Assembly: GCA_963815455.1 (NCBI GenBank)
Contig: CAWFGO010000001.1
Coordinates: 416,001 to 480,000, forward strand
From: an uncultured Verrucomicrobiae bacterium
GTDB taxonomy: Bacteria > Verrucomicrobiota > Verrucomicrobiia > Chthoniobacterales > UBA10450
Direction: 5' to 3'
DNA length: 64,000 nucleotides
Every line of letters starts with the position of its first letter. Position 1 is the stretch's first letter. Below are positions 54,605 to 64,000 of the stretch, piece by piece. The notes beneath the pieces are model-generated. The model was not told the DNA's origin. It searched no databases and worked only from the letters and a program-made list of their open reading frames with translations. A program made the position numbers and the translations under genes.

Positions 54605-55174
54605 TTACTTCAGCTTGCCTTGAGTTTCCTTGGCCAGATTGAGGTGCTCTTCAATCATCTTGGCCCCTTTTTCCGCGAACGCCTTCAGGTCGGGATCGGT
54701 TCCCTCTTTTGCTTCTTCCTGAAATTCAGCCAGATCTTTCTCGTGGTCCTTCACCATCATGTCGATGTAGCTCTTATCCGAGGTCCACGTAGGAGTCTCT
54801 TTGGACTTCGGCATTTTCGCGCCCTTCTTAGCGGCGATAGCCTTGAGCTCGTCATTCGCATTTGAATGATCCGTGACCATTCGTTTGCCAAACGCTTTCA
54901 CGTCGTCGCTCTTGGCGTGCTCGGCCGCCATCTTTCCCAGCTCGACTTCCATCATCCCGCCCTTGGCCGCTTTCCTCATGAACTTCTTGTCCTTTTCATC
55001 CAAAGGACTCTTCGCCGTTGCTTCAGTCGTCGCCGCAAGCTGAGTCGCAGCGGAATCATCCTTCTTTTTCGATTCTGCCTGGCCGAAGGCCGCGCCGCTA
55101 AGGCAAAGGGCGCCAACCGTCAGGCCGATAATCGTAAGCCGTGTAAAAATGTTCGTTTGTTTTTTCATAATCAT
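54605..55174 (-). CDS. DUF4142 domain secreted protein
   Basis: DKKFMRKAAKGGMMEVELGKMA..FGKRMVTDH..MVKDHEKD. Confidence 0.9.
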   Translation of the reverse strand: MIMKKQTNIFTRLTIIGLTVGALCLSGAAFGQAESKKKDDSAATQLAATTEATAKSPLDEKDKKFMRKAAKGGMMEVELGKMAAEHAKSDDVKAFGKRMVTDHSNANDELKAIAAKKGAKMPKSKETPTWTSDKSYIDMMVKDHEKDLAEFQEEAKEGTDPDLKAFAEKGAKMIEEHLNLAKETQGKLK

Positions 55175-55270
55175 GTTCTTTTGAGGTGAGACATCTCGGA
55201 ATGCTCATCCATTCAAAAATCGCACGTTCACGACGCTTTGGATGTGAATACTTGTCGCCCCGGCTCTGCC

Positions 55271-56686
55271 CTACCTTTGCTGGGCGTTTTGCGTATAGGA
55301 AGTCTCGACCCGTTTGGCCACATCTTTATAGCCGTAGTCGGCCTCGTAAATCTGTTTCATGCAATTGAGCGATTTCTCGCCCTCACCCATTCGCTCGTAA
55401 ACAAGCCCCAGATTGTAAACGATCTCCTTTTTCATCGCGTCCATCGACAAAATCTCTTTCGAGGCCTCTTCAAATTGTTTCATCGCCAGATCGAACATTC
55501 CCAGCTCGCTGTGACAAAGCCCCAGCAGATTCATCGCCTTGAGACGCGCATTCGGATTTTGACGGGCCCGCTGCAGTTCCGGCAGGGCCTCGCGGAAATG
55601 TCCGGCGCCGGCCAGACGCTCACCCAGTTCGAACCGGAGCTGAAGATCGGTCGGGTTCCGATCGACCCGCTCGCGCGCGTCGGCGATCAGAACTTCCGCG
55701 TGCTTCAGCCTGGCCGCCTTCAATTTCTCGGCCCTCTTCCCATGCAATTCATGATCGCTCGGATGCGTGGCCAGAAACTCCTCGTGCTCGGCAATCTCGC
55801 GTTCCAAACCCTTGATTCTCAAATCGGAAACCTTTCGGATGAGTCCGGTATCGGCCCCCTTGGTTAGGTCGGCGGCATATTGATACCAGGCGATCGCCGA
55901 TTCGATATCTTCCTTCTCCTCGTTTAACACGCCCAGGCGTCGAGCAAGATCGACATTCTCCGGTTGGGCTTGATGGGCGGCATAGGTCTCGGCGATCTGT
56001 TGATCGATCGATTCGCCGGTCAACTTCATCCGGCTTTGTTGCTCCAGCGATACCGCCACCTCCTTGTCCTTGATCAGGTCCCGATAACTTTCCGCCTGCG
56101 TCCATCCGCCGCTTTTCATCGAAGCCCGGGCCGAAGCGTCTTTGCCCAGACGGAGGGCATCGGCATCGAGCGGATTGATCTCATTGATGCGGTTGTAAAT
56201 TTCGACCTCCTGATCGCTCTGGCCGAGATCGTGATGCAACCGGGCCAATTCGTGCAGAACTTTTTCGTCGCGCGGATTTTCTTCCAGCAAAGTCTGCAGC
56301 GCGAATACTCCAATCTCCGGCCAACCCGCAGCCACCGCCGCTTCCTTCAAGACGAGATTTCCCTGTTTATGATACGGCTCGTCCTCCAGGACTTTCTCGA
56401 TCATCTCCATCGCGTGCTTCGGATCCTTCTTCAATTCCCGTTGCGCTTTCATCACCGCAATCGGCGCTGTCGAAATGTTGAACATGCTTTTTTTGGCCGC
56501 CTTGTTCTTAGTTACTTCCGTCCGGCGCAACAATTGCCGGCCAGTCAGGAACTCCGGCTCCTGTTTCAAGATTCCCTGCAACAGCGAGATCGCGTATCCG
56601 AAATTGCGCATCTCGATCGCCGCTACCGCCTTCAGCCAGTGGGCGCGCTGCGTTTCACTCAATTCTTTTTCGGTCTTAAGGGGCAT
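55271..56686 (-). CDS. Tetratricopeptide repeat protein
   Basis: Repeated TPR-like helices (e.g. YNLGLVYERMGEGEKSLNCMKQIY). Confidence 0.85.
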   Translation of the reverse strand: MPLKTEKELSETQRAHWLKAVAAIEMRNFGYAISLLQGILKQEPEFLTGRQLLRRTEVTKNKAAKKSMFNISTAPIAVMKAQRELKKDPKHAMEMIEKVLEDEPYHKQGNLVLKEAAVAAGWPEIGVFALQTLLEENPRDEKVLHELARLHHDLGQSDQEVEIYNRINEINPLDADALRLGKDASARASMKSGGWTQAESYRDLIKDKEVAVSLEQQSRMKLTGESIDQQIAETYAAHQAQPENVDLARRLGVLNEEKEDIESAIAWYQYAADLTKGADTGLIRKVSDLRIKGLEREIAEHEEFLATHPSDHELHGKRAEKLKAARLKHAEVLIADARERVDRNPTDLQLRFELGERLAGAGHFREALPELQRARQNPNARLKAMNLLGLCHSELGMFDLAMKQFEEASKEILSMDAMKKEIVYNLGLVYERMGEGEKSLNCMKQIYEADYGYKDVAKRVETSYTQNAQQR

Positions 56687-56710
56687 CGTCTAATCAAAGT
56701 ATACTAACGC

Positions 56711-56837
56711 TGTCATCCCGAGCGAAGTCGAGGGATCCATTGTGAATCCTTCACCCCAACCAACGGGATCCTTCCAGCCTTCGCATAAAGCTACGGCTTG
56801 GCAGGCGACCCCGAAAGCTTTCGGGGCTCAGGATGAC
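56711..56837. repeat. GTCATCCCGAGCGAAG-family palindrome with nested hairpins
   Basis: TGTCATCCCGAGCGAAGTCGAGGGATCC ... CCCCGAAAGCTTTCGGGG CTCAGGATGAC. Confidence 0.8.
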
Positions 56838-56846
56838 TAAGGTCGT

Positions 56847-59357
56847 TCACAACAGATCCAATTGCGGTTTTTCCGGCGCCGTTTTCTTTCCTCCCGATCT
56901 CTTCTTTGTTTTCGGCGGGGCTTCGACCGCTCCGTTTGGTTTCTCCAAATGCGAAAGAATATCTTTGGCCCGGTCCAAAATTTCCTTGGGCAATCCGGCC
57001 AATCGCGCGACCTGGATGCCGTAACTTTTGTCCGCGCCGCCGGGCACTATCTTGCGCAGGAAGATGATCTGATCGTTCCATTCGCGGACCGCGACGTTAA
57101 AATTACACACGCCGCTCCGTTCCTCGGCCAGCTTGGTCAATTCGTGATAATGCGTGGCAAATAGAGTGCGCGCCTTGATCTTGTCATGGAGAAATTCGGC
57201 GACGCTCCAGGCAATCGAGAGTCCGTCGAATGTCGATGTACCGCGACCGATCTCGTCCAGGATAACGAGGCTGCGCTCGGTCGCGTTGTTTACGATGTTC
57301 GAGGTCTCGTTCATTTCCACCATGAACGTCGATTGACCGCGGGCCAGGTCATCGTTCGCCCCCACGCGCGTGAAGATGCGGTCGACCAAACCGATCTCCG
57401 CGTTCTCCGCTGGAACGAAGCTGCCGATCTGCGCCATCAAGACGATCAATGCGACCTGGCGAATGTATGTCGATTTCCCCGCCATGTTCGGTCCAGTGAT
57501 GATGGCCAGCCGCATGCTCTCTCCATCGAGCGTCGTGTCGTTGGGCACAAATTTCTCTTCCACCAGATTTTGATCGAGCACCGGGTGACGCCCGTCCCTG
57601 ATCACAAGCCGGAGCGTCTCGTTCAGGACCGGCCGGCAATAGCGGTACAACCGACCCGTTTCGGCCAGCGCACAGATAACATCGACAATCGCAATCGCCG
57701 CCGCCGTTTGCTGAATCGGCCCGAGCTCGAGCAGAGTTTCATCCCGCAACTTTTGAAAGAGTTGGTACTCCAGTTGTCGCGACCGCTCGTCCGCCCCGAG
57801 AATCTTTGCCTCAATTTCCTTCAACTCGGGAGTGATAAAACGTTCGCCTCCAACGGTCGTCTGTTTGCGGGTGTAATGCGCAGGGACACTCGCCAGATTC
57901 GATTTCGTCACCTCGATGAAATAACCGAACACCGAGTTGTAACGCACTTTGAGCGACTTGATCCCGCTGGCCTCGATCTCGCGTTCCTGCAATTGACTGA
58001 TCCAATCCTTCCCCTCGCGCGAAGCCCCGCGCAACGCATCAAGATCGACATCGTATCCATCCCGAAAGATTCCACCCTCTTTCAAAGCCAATGGCGGATC
58101 GTCCACCACGGCGCGCATCAACTTCTCCGCCAGAGAAGGCATCTCTTGAATTTCATTTTGCAAACGCTGGGCCAAATTCGACGGACGGCTCGGAGAGCCG
58201 TCCCTACCTGTGCCGAACGCGAGTCGCTCAAGCAGTTTTCCAAGCTCGCCCTTCAATTTCGGAATTTGTTGCAACGAAGTTTTCAGCGCCACCAGATCGC
58301 GGGCGTTACCCGAGGCCTGGCTCAAGCGCCCCGACGCGCGCTCAATGTCGCGAATCAATTTCAATTCGCCCCGAATCGACGCCAGCAAATCTGTCTCCTG
58401 CAGCAAATCGGAGATCATTTGCTGGCGGCATTCCAGTTCGGCAAGATTGCGGAGCGGTTGCAAGATCCAGTCCCGCAGTTTGCGTCCGCCCATCGGCGTG
58501 ACGGTGCGATCGAGGACGGCCAACAGGCTTGTATCCCGGACGCTGCGTGATTCGACCAGCTCCAGGTTTGTCTGTGTTGCAGCATCGAGCACAACGTAGT
58601 GCGCGGGTGCATCGCAGCGTAACGACGCAAGATGATCGATCTTGCGTCGAAGCTGGTGCTTCAAGTAATGCACAATTGCGCCGGCCGCGGCGATTGCCTG
58701 CGGCATTTGTCCGCAACCGAATCCATCAAGCGATTTGACCTTGAAATGCTCGCACAAGGTAAATGCCGCCTGCTCGGGCAAGAACGCGTAACTGTCGTAT
58801 CCCAGTGCGGCGGCGATCTCTGCGAACGCTTCCTTCTGCTCGTCGCTAACGAGAAGTTCCGTCGGCGAAACCCGCGCCAATTGATCAAGGAGCGATTGTC
58901 GATCCGGCAATTGCGTCAGACGAAACTCACCCGTGCTCAAATCGGCGTAGGCAAATCCGAACACGTTTCCATCGACATAAACCGCGCCGAGATAGTTCGC
59001 CCGCTTGGATTCGAGCAGGTCGAGATCGCTCACTGTTCCCGCGCTGATGATCTGAGTAATGTCGCGCGAAACGATCTTGCCCGGCTGCGGCTCGCTGGTC
59101 TGATCGCAAATCGCCACGCGTCGTCCGGCCTTGATCAGCTTTGCAATGTAAGTCGGCGCCGCGTGGTAGGGCACCCCGCACATCGGAACTTCGTTGCGCT
59201 TGGTCAACGCTACATTCAGCAACGCCGACGCCTCCTTCGCGTCCTCAAAAAACAGTTCGTAGAAATCGCCCAGCCGAAAGAGCAACAACGTGTCGGCCGG
59301 GATGCTGCTCCGCAGCCGCCGGTACTGCTGCATCATTGGAGTAAGCGCGTCGGCCAT
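56847..59357 (-). CDS. mutS: DNA mismatch repair protein MutS
   Basis: TPMMQQY, FRLGDFYELF, ITGPNMAGKSTY, STFMVEM, DEIGRGTST, FATHYHEL, SYGIQVA. Confidence 0.98.
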   Translation of the reverse strand: MADALTPMMQQYRRLRSSIPADTLLLFRLGDFYELFFEDAKEASALLNVALTKRNEVPMCGVPYHAAPTYIAKLIKAGRRVAICDQTSEPQPGKIVSRDITQIISAGTVSDLDLLESKRANYLGAVYVDGNVFGFAYADLSTGEFRLTQLPDRQSLLDQLARVSPTELLVSDEQKEAFAEIAAALGYDSYAFLPEQAAFTLCEHFKVKSLDGFGCGQMPQAIAAAGAIVHYLKHQLRRKIDHLASLRCDAPAHYVVLDAATQTNLELVESRSVRDTSLLAVLDRTVTPMGGRKLRDWILQPLRNLAELECRQQMISDLLQETDLLASIRGELKLIRDIERASGRLSQASGNARDLVALKTSLQQIPKLKGELGKLLERLAFGTGRDGSPSRPSNLAQRLQNEIQEMPSLAEKLMRAVVDDPPLALKEGGIFRDGYDVDLDALRGASREGKDWISQLQEREIEASGIKSLKVRYNSVFGYFIEVTKSNLASVPAHYTRKQTTVGGERFITPELKEIEAKILGADERSRQLEYQLFQKLRDETLLELGPIQQTAAAIAIVDVICALAETGRLYRYCRPVLNETLRLVIRDGRHPVLDQNLVEEKFVPNDTTLDGESMRLAIITGPNMAGKSTYIRQVALIVLMAQIGSFVPAENAEIGLVDRIFTRVGANDDLARGQSTFMVEMNETSNIVNNATERSLVILDEIGRGTSTFDGLSIAWSVAEFLHDKIKARTLFATHYHELTKLAEERSGVCNFNVAVREWNDQIIFLRKIVPGGADKSYGIQVARLAGLPKEILDRAKDILSHLEKPNGAVEAPPKTKKRSGGKKTAPEKPQLDLL
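58183..58208. repeat. REP-like hairpin in-frame inside mutS
   Basis: GGACGGCTC-GGA-GAGCCGTCC-CTACC perfect hairpin; encodes GRDGSPSRP. Confidence 0.65.
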
Positions 59358-59853
59358 GACTCCAGAATGAAATCAGCGCGCTGGAATTGCGAGTTTGGAA
59401 TTTCCAATCCGGAGTATGCACGTCGCCGGCGAGCTTTCCAGTCGGCTTGGCGAAATGAGCTTCATTTTCAGTTCCCGAACGGCTGTTTTCTCTTTTTTGA
59501 ACCGGAAAATCGACCAGGATGAGAATTGCCCGGAAGAGAGCACAACGCGACGCGGCTCAAACAAATAAACTTACGTCCCTATCCTCACGGCGAGAGGCAC
59601 TTACGCGAGTACCCGACCGGGCCAGCTAGACAGGCATGGAAACGGCTGTAAATAGGTATGCAGATGAAAATGATCAACGCGTCAATCCACGCCACCCGCC
59701 GCAGCGGGCAGGCCGGATAAAGCGCGTCGGATCGCACCAAGTTGGAGGCCGCCTTTCGCGGCACCCCAGTGGTCGAACTTGAACCACCCCCGAAGAACTT
59801 CGGGGCGGTATCCCGACCGAAATTTCGGGAACAAACCCCAACAACAAACATTT

Positions 59854-60141
59854 ATGAAATCAACACTCCATGTAGGTCCCCCACCAAATCTTCAGCCAAA
59901 TTTTCCGCTGACCGATTACCATTACCAGTCTACCCTCGAAGCTTCGCGCGCGACTGTTGAGGAAACGCGCCGTGCTCACGACATTCGCGGTTTCTGGAAA
60001 TTGAGTGCCGACTTCATCGGCCTCGAAGGCAAGCTCTACTATGCGACCGAGCTTCTGCTATTCGGTGTTATCGTCGCCTTGTCGGGCATCCAGGTGGTTA
60101 CGATGCTCGTGGCCGTGATACGATTCCTCAGAGGTTACTAG
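59854..60141 (+). CDS. Small membrane protein, hypothetical
   Basis: ATG after an A/C-rich leader; C-terminal hydrophobic helix. Confidence 0.65.
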   Translation: MKSTLHVGPPPNLQPNFPLTDYHYQSTLEASRATVEETRRAHDIRGFWKLSADFIGLEGKLYYATELLLFGVIVALSGIQVVTMLVAVIRFLRGY

Positions 60142-60273
60142 CGCGTTGTCGAAATTATTGGCCTCGAAGAGGTGTTCCCTGCCTTGAGGATTGCGGCCGG
60201 CACGGCCGCCACTACACCGAGGTGGCGATAGTGGTTGCTGCCTTGGAGTCGGTGAATAGTTTGCGTCACGAGT

Positions 60274-61929
60274 GTGAAAACGATGACCAAACTTTTCTAC
60301 GGATGCGTTGTCTGGTCGGCGCTGGCATTGACCGGCTTCGCTCGGGCGGCTGAGGAACCGTTCTACGACGGGCTCGGCTCATACACGCGCAGCATCACAA
60401 CCGGTTCAGAAAAGGCGCAGCGCTACTTCAATCAAGGCCTCGCCTTCGTTCACGGATTCAATCACAACGCGGCCATCCGCTCGTTTCAGCAGGCGGCGGA
60501 GATCGAGCCCGAATGCGCCATGGCGCATTGGGGCATCGCCCTCGCGTGTGGTCCGCACATTAATTTTACGCAGGTACCGCCGCCCGCCGCCGAGCTGGCC
60601 TGGAAAGAACTCGGGCTCGCGCAAAAAAATGCCGCTAAGGCCTCCCCGGTTGAGCGCGCATTGATCGAGGCGTTGAGCAAACGTTACGCGAATCCGCAAC
60701 CCGAAGATCGCGCCCCGCTCGATCTCGCCTATGCCAATGCCATGCGGGACGTTTGGAAAAAATATCCGAGCGATCAGGACGTGGGCGCGTTTTTCGCCGA
60801 AGCGATGATGGACCTGCACCCGTGGGATCAATGGGCTCCGGATGGAAAAGCGAATCCCGGCACCGACGAAATTCTGGCAACGCTGGATGCCGTTTTAAAA
60901 TTGAATCCGAAACATCCGTTCGCGAACCACCTTTACATTCACGCGGTGGAGGCTTCGCCGCATCCCGAACGCGCGGATGCGGCCGCGGAACGCCTGCGCA
61001 GTTTGCAACCTGGTCTGGCCCACAATGTCCACATGCCATCGCACATCGACATCCGCCGCGGCCGCTGGTTGCAAGCGATAGACACAAACGTGAACGCCGT
61101 AAAAGCGGACGCTGAGTATCGAAAAGTGTTCGGCGAACCGAAAGGATTTGTGCCGATCTATGCCGCCCATAACCGGCACATGCTCGCCTACGCCGCGATG
61201 ATGACCGGACAGCGCGCTCTGGCCATGAAACATATCCGGGCCATGATCGCGGAGTTTCCACCGGAACTTTTGAAAGAATACGCCATGCAGTCGGAGGGAT
61301 TTGGCGCCATGCCGCTCGAAGTCATGGTCCGCTTCGGGCTCTGGGACCAAATTCTGGCCGAGCCCGATCAATACGCCGATTACATGCCGTTTACCCGCGC
61401 GTTTCATCACGCCGCCCGCGCGCTCGCTTATGCGGCCAAGGGCGACATTGCCAACGCGCGAAAAGCGCAGGACACGTTCTTGGAACGCGCCAAGCTCGTG
61501 CTGAAGGAGGATTTTCTAGGCAACAACAGTTGCGAAACGATTCTCGATGTCGTGACTCCAATGGTCGAAGGCGAAATCCTGGTCGCGGAAAAGAAGATCG
61601 ATAAAGGGATCGAACAATTGCGCGTTGCCATTGAAAAGGAGGATGCGCTCAAATACGACGAGCCGCCCGGCTGGTTAATCCCGGTGCGGCATTCCCTCGG
61701 GGCCGTTCTGATGAATCACCGGCGCTTCGCCGAAGCGGAAAAAGTCTATCGCGAAGACCTGAAACAATTGCCTGATAACGGCTGGTCATTGCTAGGGCTC
61801 ACGCAGAGTCTGCGAGCACAAAAGAAGCACCCGAAAGAAGCTGCGCAAACCGAAGCGAAATTTCGGAATATTTGGGAAAAAGCCGATCTGAAGATCGAAA
61901 CGTCGTGTCTCTGTCAGCCGCGCGCGTGA
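60274..61929 (+). CDS. Exported TPR-containing protein
   Basis: Signal peptide; AQRYFNQGL..FNH..A.RSF, HLYIHAVE, HMPSHI, YDEPP.W, PDNGWSL. Confidence 0.88.
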   Translation: MKTMTKLFYGCVVWSALALTGFARAAEEPFYDGLGSYTRSITTGSEKAQRYFNQGLAFVHGFNHNAAIRSFQQAAEIEPECAMAHWGIALACGPHINFTQVPPPAAELAWKELGLAQKNAAKASPVERALIEALSKRYANPQPEDRAPLDLAYANAMRDVWKKYPSDQDVGAFFAEAMMDLHPWDQWAPDGKANPGTDEILATLDAVLKLNPKHPFANHLYIHAVEASPHPERADAAAERLRSLQPGLAHNVHMPSHIDIRRGRWLQAIDTNVNAVKADAEYRKVFGEPKGFVPIYAAHNRHMLAYAAMMTGQRALAMKHIRAMIAEFPPELLKEYAMQSEGFGAMPLEVMVRFGLWDQILAEPDQYADYMPFTRAFHHAARALAYAAKGDIANARKAQDTFLERAKLVLKEDFLGNNSCETILDVVTPMVEGEILVAEKKIDKGIEQLRVAIEKEDALKYDEPPGWLIPVRHSLGAVLMNHRRFAEAEKVYREDLKQLPDNGWSLLGLTQSLRAQKKHPKEAAQTEAKFRNIWEKADLKIETSCLCQPRA

Positions 61930-61999
61930 ACATGGTCGTCCCGCGCCCGTAAATTTTCTAAACAAGAGAAACTCGCCATTTTCCGCGCAATCTCTAAAG

Positions 62000-62628
62000 A
62001 TGGCGCTGCAAATGGCCGGATCTTCCCAAGCCCACGACATCTTCGCCTTGAAAGCGCCGGATCGGGCGCTCTGGACCCTTTATCTTATCCGAGCCGCGCT
62101 ATCGGGACCGGGACTGCTCGTGGCACTGCCGTATCTTTATTTCCGGTATCACACCCTGCGTTACACGTTTGATGATGAGGGAATCCATATGCGAGTGGGG
62201 CTTCTTTTCCGACGCGAGGTCAATCTTACTTACGCGCGCATCCAGGATATTCATTTGCGCTCCGGTCTCCTTCAGCGCTGGCTAGGTCTGGCCGATATTC
62301 AAATCCAGACCGCGTCCGGTTCGGCCGACGCGGAGCTGGTGATCGAAGGATTTAAGGAATACGAAGCGATTCGCGATTTTCTCTACACTCGGATGCGAGG
62401 GAGCCGGATGCCGGCAACGGCGGCTAAATCGACAACGCGCGAAATGGGAACGCTTGGCCAGAATGCGACGCCAGCGAGCCCGGCGGCAATCAAAATGCGG
62501 AGCTGGTATCGTTGCTTCGCACGATTCGTGACGAATTGAGACAGGCGCGCGAGATTCTCGAGCGGCGACAGGCGGCGTCGCCTCGACCGGACGCCTCGGG
62601 CAAACCGGATACGTCGGACGATGTTTAA
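62000..62628 (+). CDS. Bacterial PH domain (bPH_2/YdbS-like) membrane protein; frameshift ~62490
   Basis: TM then LRYTFDDEGI..GLLFRRE..YARIQDI..LQRWLGLA.I.IQTA. Confidence 0.85.
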
Positions 62629-63379
62629 GCTCTTCCGAGATTGGTGCGAGCGCTGGTTGCGCATTCCGGGCGATCCGGAACCACCTCCGGGAGATGAAGC
62701 CTGCACGCAACGTTTCCGCGCTGCCCCGAACTTTTACAATTACCTGCTTTTCCTGTGGGGATTAAAAACGGCCGCAGTCCTGGGGATCGTCCTGATATCC
62801 GTTGTTGGACCGATCGTTGCGATCGTGGCGACCGAGCCCACGCCGCGGACCATCATCGAGATTGTCATCGTCCTTCTCCCACTCATTTTTGCGGTGGCAG
62901 TAGCGTTCCGCATCTTCGCCCTTGCGCTAGTTAGGTTGGACTTCGAGAAACGCTGGTATCTGCTCACTGATCGCAGTTTGCGCGTGCGCGAAGGCATACT
63001 AAATGTCCGCGAGATGACCATCACGTTTGCCAACATTCAAAACATCTCGATCTCGCAAGGCCCGCTCCAGCGCGCCATTGGGATCGCGGACCTGCGGGTG
63101 GATACAGCCGGCGGTGCCAGTTCCTCGCGGCATGAGAAAAGCCTGTCGCAAAATTTGCACACCGCATGGTTTCGCGGTGTCGATAATGCAAACGCCATTC
63201 GCGAGCTAATTCAGAAACGCCTGCACACCCTGAAGGATTCAGGCTTGGGCGATCCCGAGGAACGGGTGCACACAGTAGGATCCCAGGAGAGCGAGATTGC
63301 GAGCGGCGAAGTCATTGCCTGTTTGCGCGAAATCGCCGCTGAAGCGGCAGGGCTACGCTTTGCGCTTGTCGAAAGTTAA
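62621..63379 (+). CDS. Bacterial PH domain (bPH_2) membrane protein
   Basis: Two TMs; RWYLLTDRSLRVREG..FANIQNISISQGPLQRAIGIADL.VDTAGG. Confidence 0.88.
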   Translation: MFKLFRDWCERWLRIPGDPEPPPGDEACTQRFRAAPNFYNYLLFLWGLKTAAVLGIVLISVVGPIVAIVATEPTPRTIIEIVIVLLPLIFAVAVAFRIFALALVRLDFEKRWYLLTDRSLRVREGILNVREMTITFANIQNISISQGPLQRAIGIADLRVDTAGGASSSRHEKSLSQNLHTAWFRGVDNANAIRELIQKRLHTLKDSGLGDPEERVHTVGSQESEIASGEVIACLREIAAEAAGLRFALVES

Positions 63380-63402
63380 GCCGCGAATGTCGCGGTAGTT
63401 CA

Positions 63403-64000
63403 TTACCCGACGACCTGAATGCCTTCGCTTGCCGTGCGCTGCGCGTAAAGATCGCTTAGCCGCTTTGTCGTCGGGCCGATTTTCCCGTCGCCAATAACGC
63501 GGTTGTCGATTTTGACCACGCCCGCGAGCTCGCCCATCGTACCGGTGCAAAAGACCTCGTCGGCGGTGTAAACATCAACGGGAGACAAATCCGCTTCTAC
63601 GCAGCGGATTTTTTCGGCAGCGCAGATTTCCATCACGGTGGCGCGAGTGATTCCCTCCGGACAGGCAACAACCCGGCTAGTGGCGAGATCGCCTTTGCGT
63701 ACGATGAATATGTGGGTCGCGTTGGTTTCTGCGACAAGTCCACGGATGTCCAGCATGAGTGCGTCGTCCGCGCCGGCGTTGTTCGCCTCGATCTTGGCCA
63801 GGATCGAATTAAGGAGATTGGCATGATGAATCCGGGCATCGAGAACTTCAGGCGATGGCCGTCGCATTTTGCTCGTGATCAATGTGAGACCGTCTTTCGA
63901 GTAAACTGGAGCCTTGTGTTCGGCGAGGATGATCAGTGTCGGATCGCCCTGATTCAGGCGTGGATCCATTCCGGAAGTGATTTTCACTCCCCGCGTGAGC
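63403..64000 (-). CDS. Aminotransferase class IV (IlvE-like), 5' end outside the window
   Basis: NLLNSILAKIEA, DALMLD.RG.VAETNATHIF, EGITR, ADEVFCTGTMGEL. Confidence 0.92.
   Translation of the reverse strand, partial: LTRGVKITSGMDPRLNQGDPTLIILAEHKAPVYSKDGLTLITSKMRRPSPEVLDARIHHANLLNSILAKIEANNAGADDALMLDIRGLVAETNATHIFIVRKGDLATSRVVACPEGITRATVMEICAAEKIRCVEADLSPVDVYTADEVFCTGTMGELAGVVKIDNRVIGDGKIGPTTKRLSDLYAQRTASEGIQVVG

Noticed and set aside
43389..59522. Long antisense ORFs (43389..44258, 53057..53959, 57186..58550, 58632..59522)
   Set aside because: Shadow frames of sigma, pyk and mutS expected from high-GC codon bias; no motifs

Overview
GC-rich bacterial chromosome segment. The gene content (a C-terminal dockerin-like 'VSRKTHG...GVECR' surface domain, an ECF-kinase pair, the rplS-rnhB-yraN order, the repeat families) suggests Verrucomicrobiota, probably Chthoniobacterales; this is inference. 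Many housekeeping genes carry single-base frameshifts and one ~0.8 kb stretch is garbled, which points to an error-prone long-read consensus rather than real pseudogenes. Core genes: DUF885, POT peptide transporter, ftsK-rodZ-like-rimO-trxA, tRNA-Arg(CCG), rplS-rnhB-yraN, comM, a short sigma-70, pyk, mutS, class IV aminotransferase. Accessory blocks: (i) the edge of an AT-richer island (1-4276) bounded by a 5'-half tRNA-Ala; (ii) an ECF sigma/Hanks kinase pair divergent from a large LamG surface protein; (iii) vapBC; (iv) two loci encoding signal-peptide-bearing Rhs polymorphic toxins with an apparently circularly permuted sugar-binding-like domain inserted in the shell, the second having orphan toxin/immunity modules and being flanked by a duplicated sigma-3'/pyk-3' junction; (v) an 11 kb divergent cluster encoding a beta-barrel, three multiheme cytochromes (5+4+10 CxxCH), a cNMP-binding/4Fe-4S protein, a membrane protein and an FAD/NAD-[2Fe-2S] reductase, a candidate trans-envelope electron conduit. 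REP-like palindromes also occur in-frame inside ftsK, rimO, mutS and the kinase.
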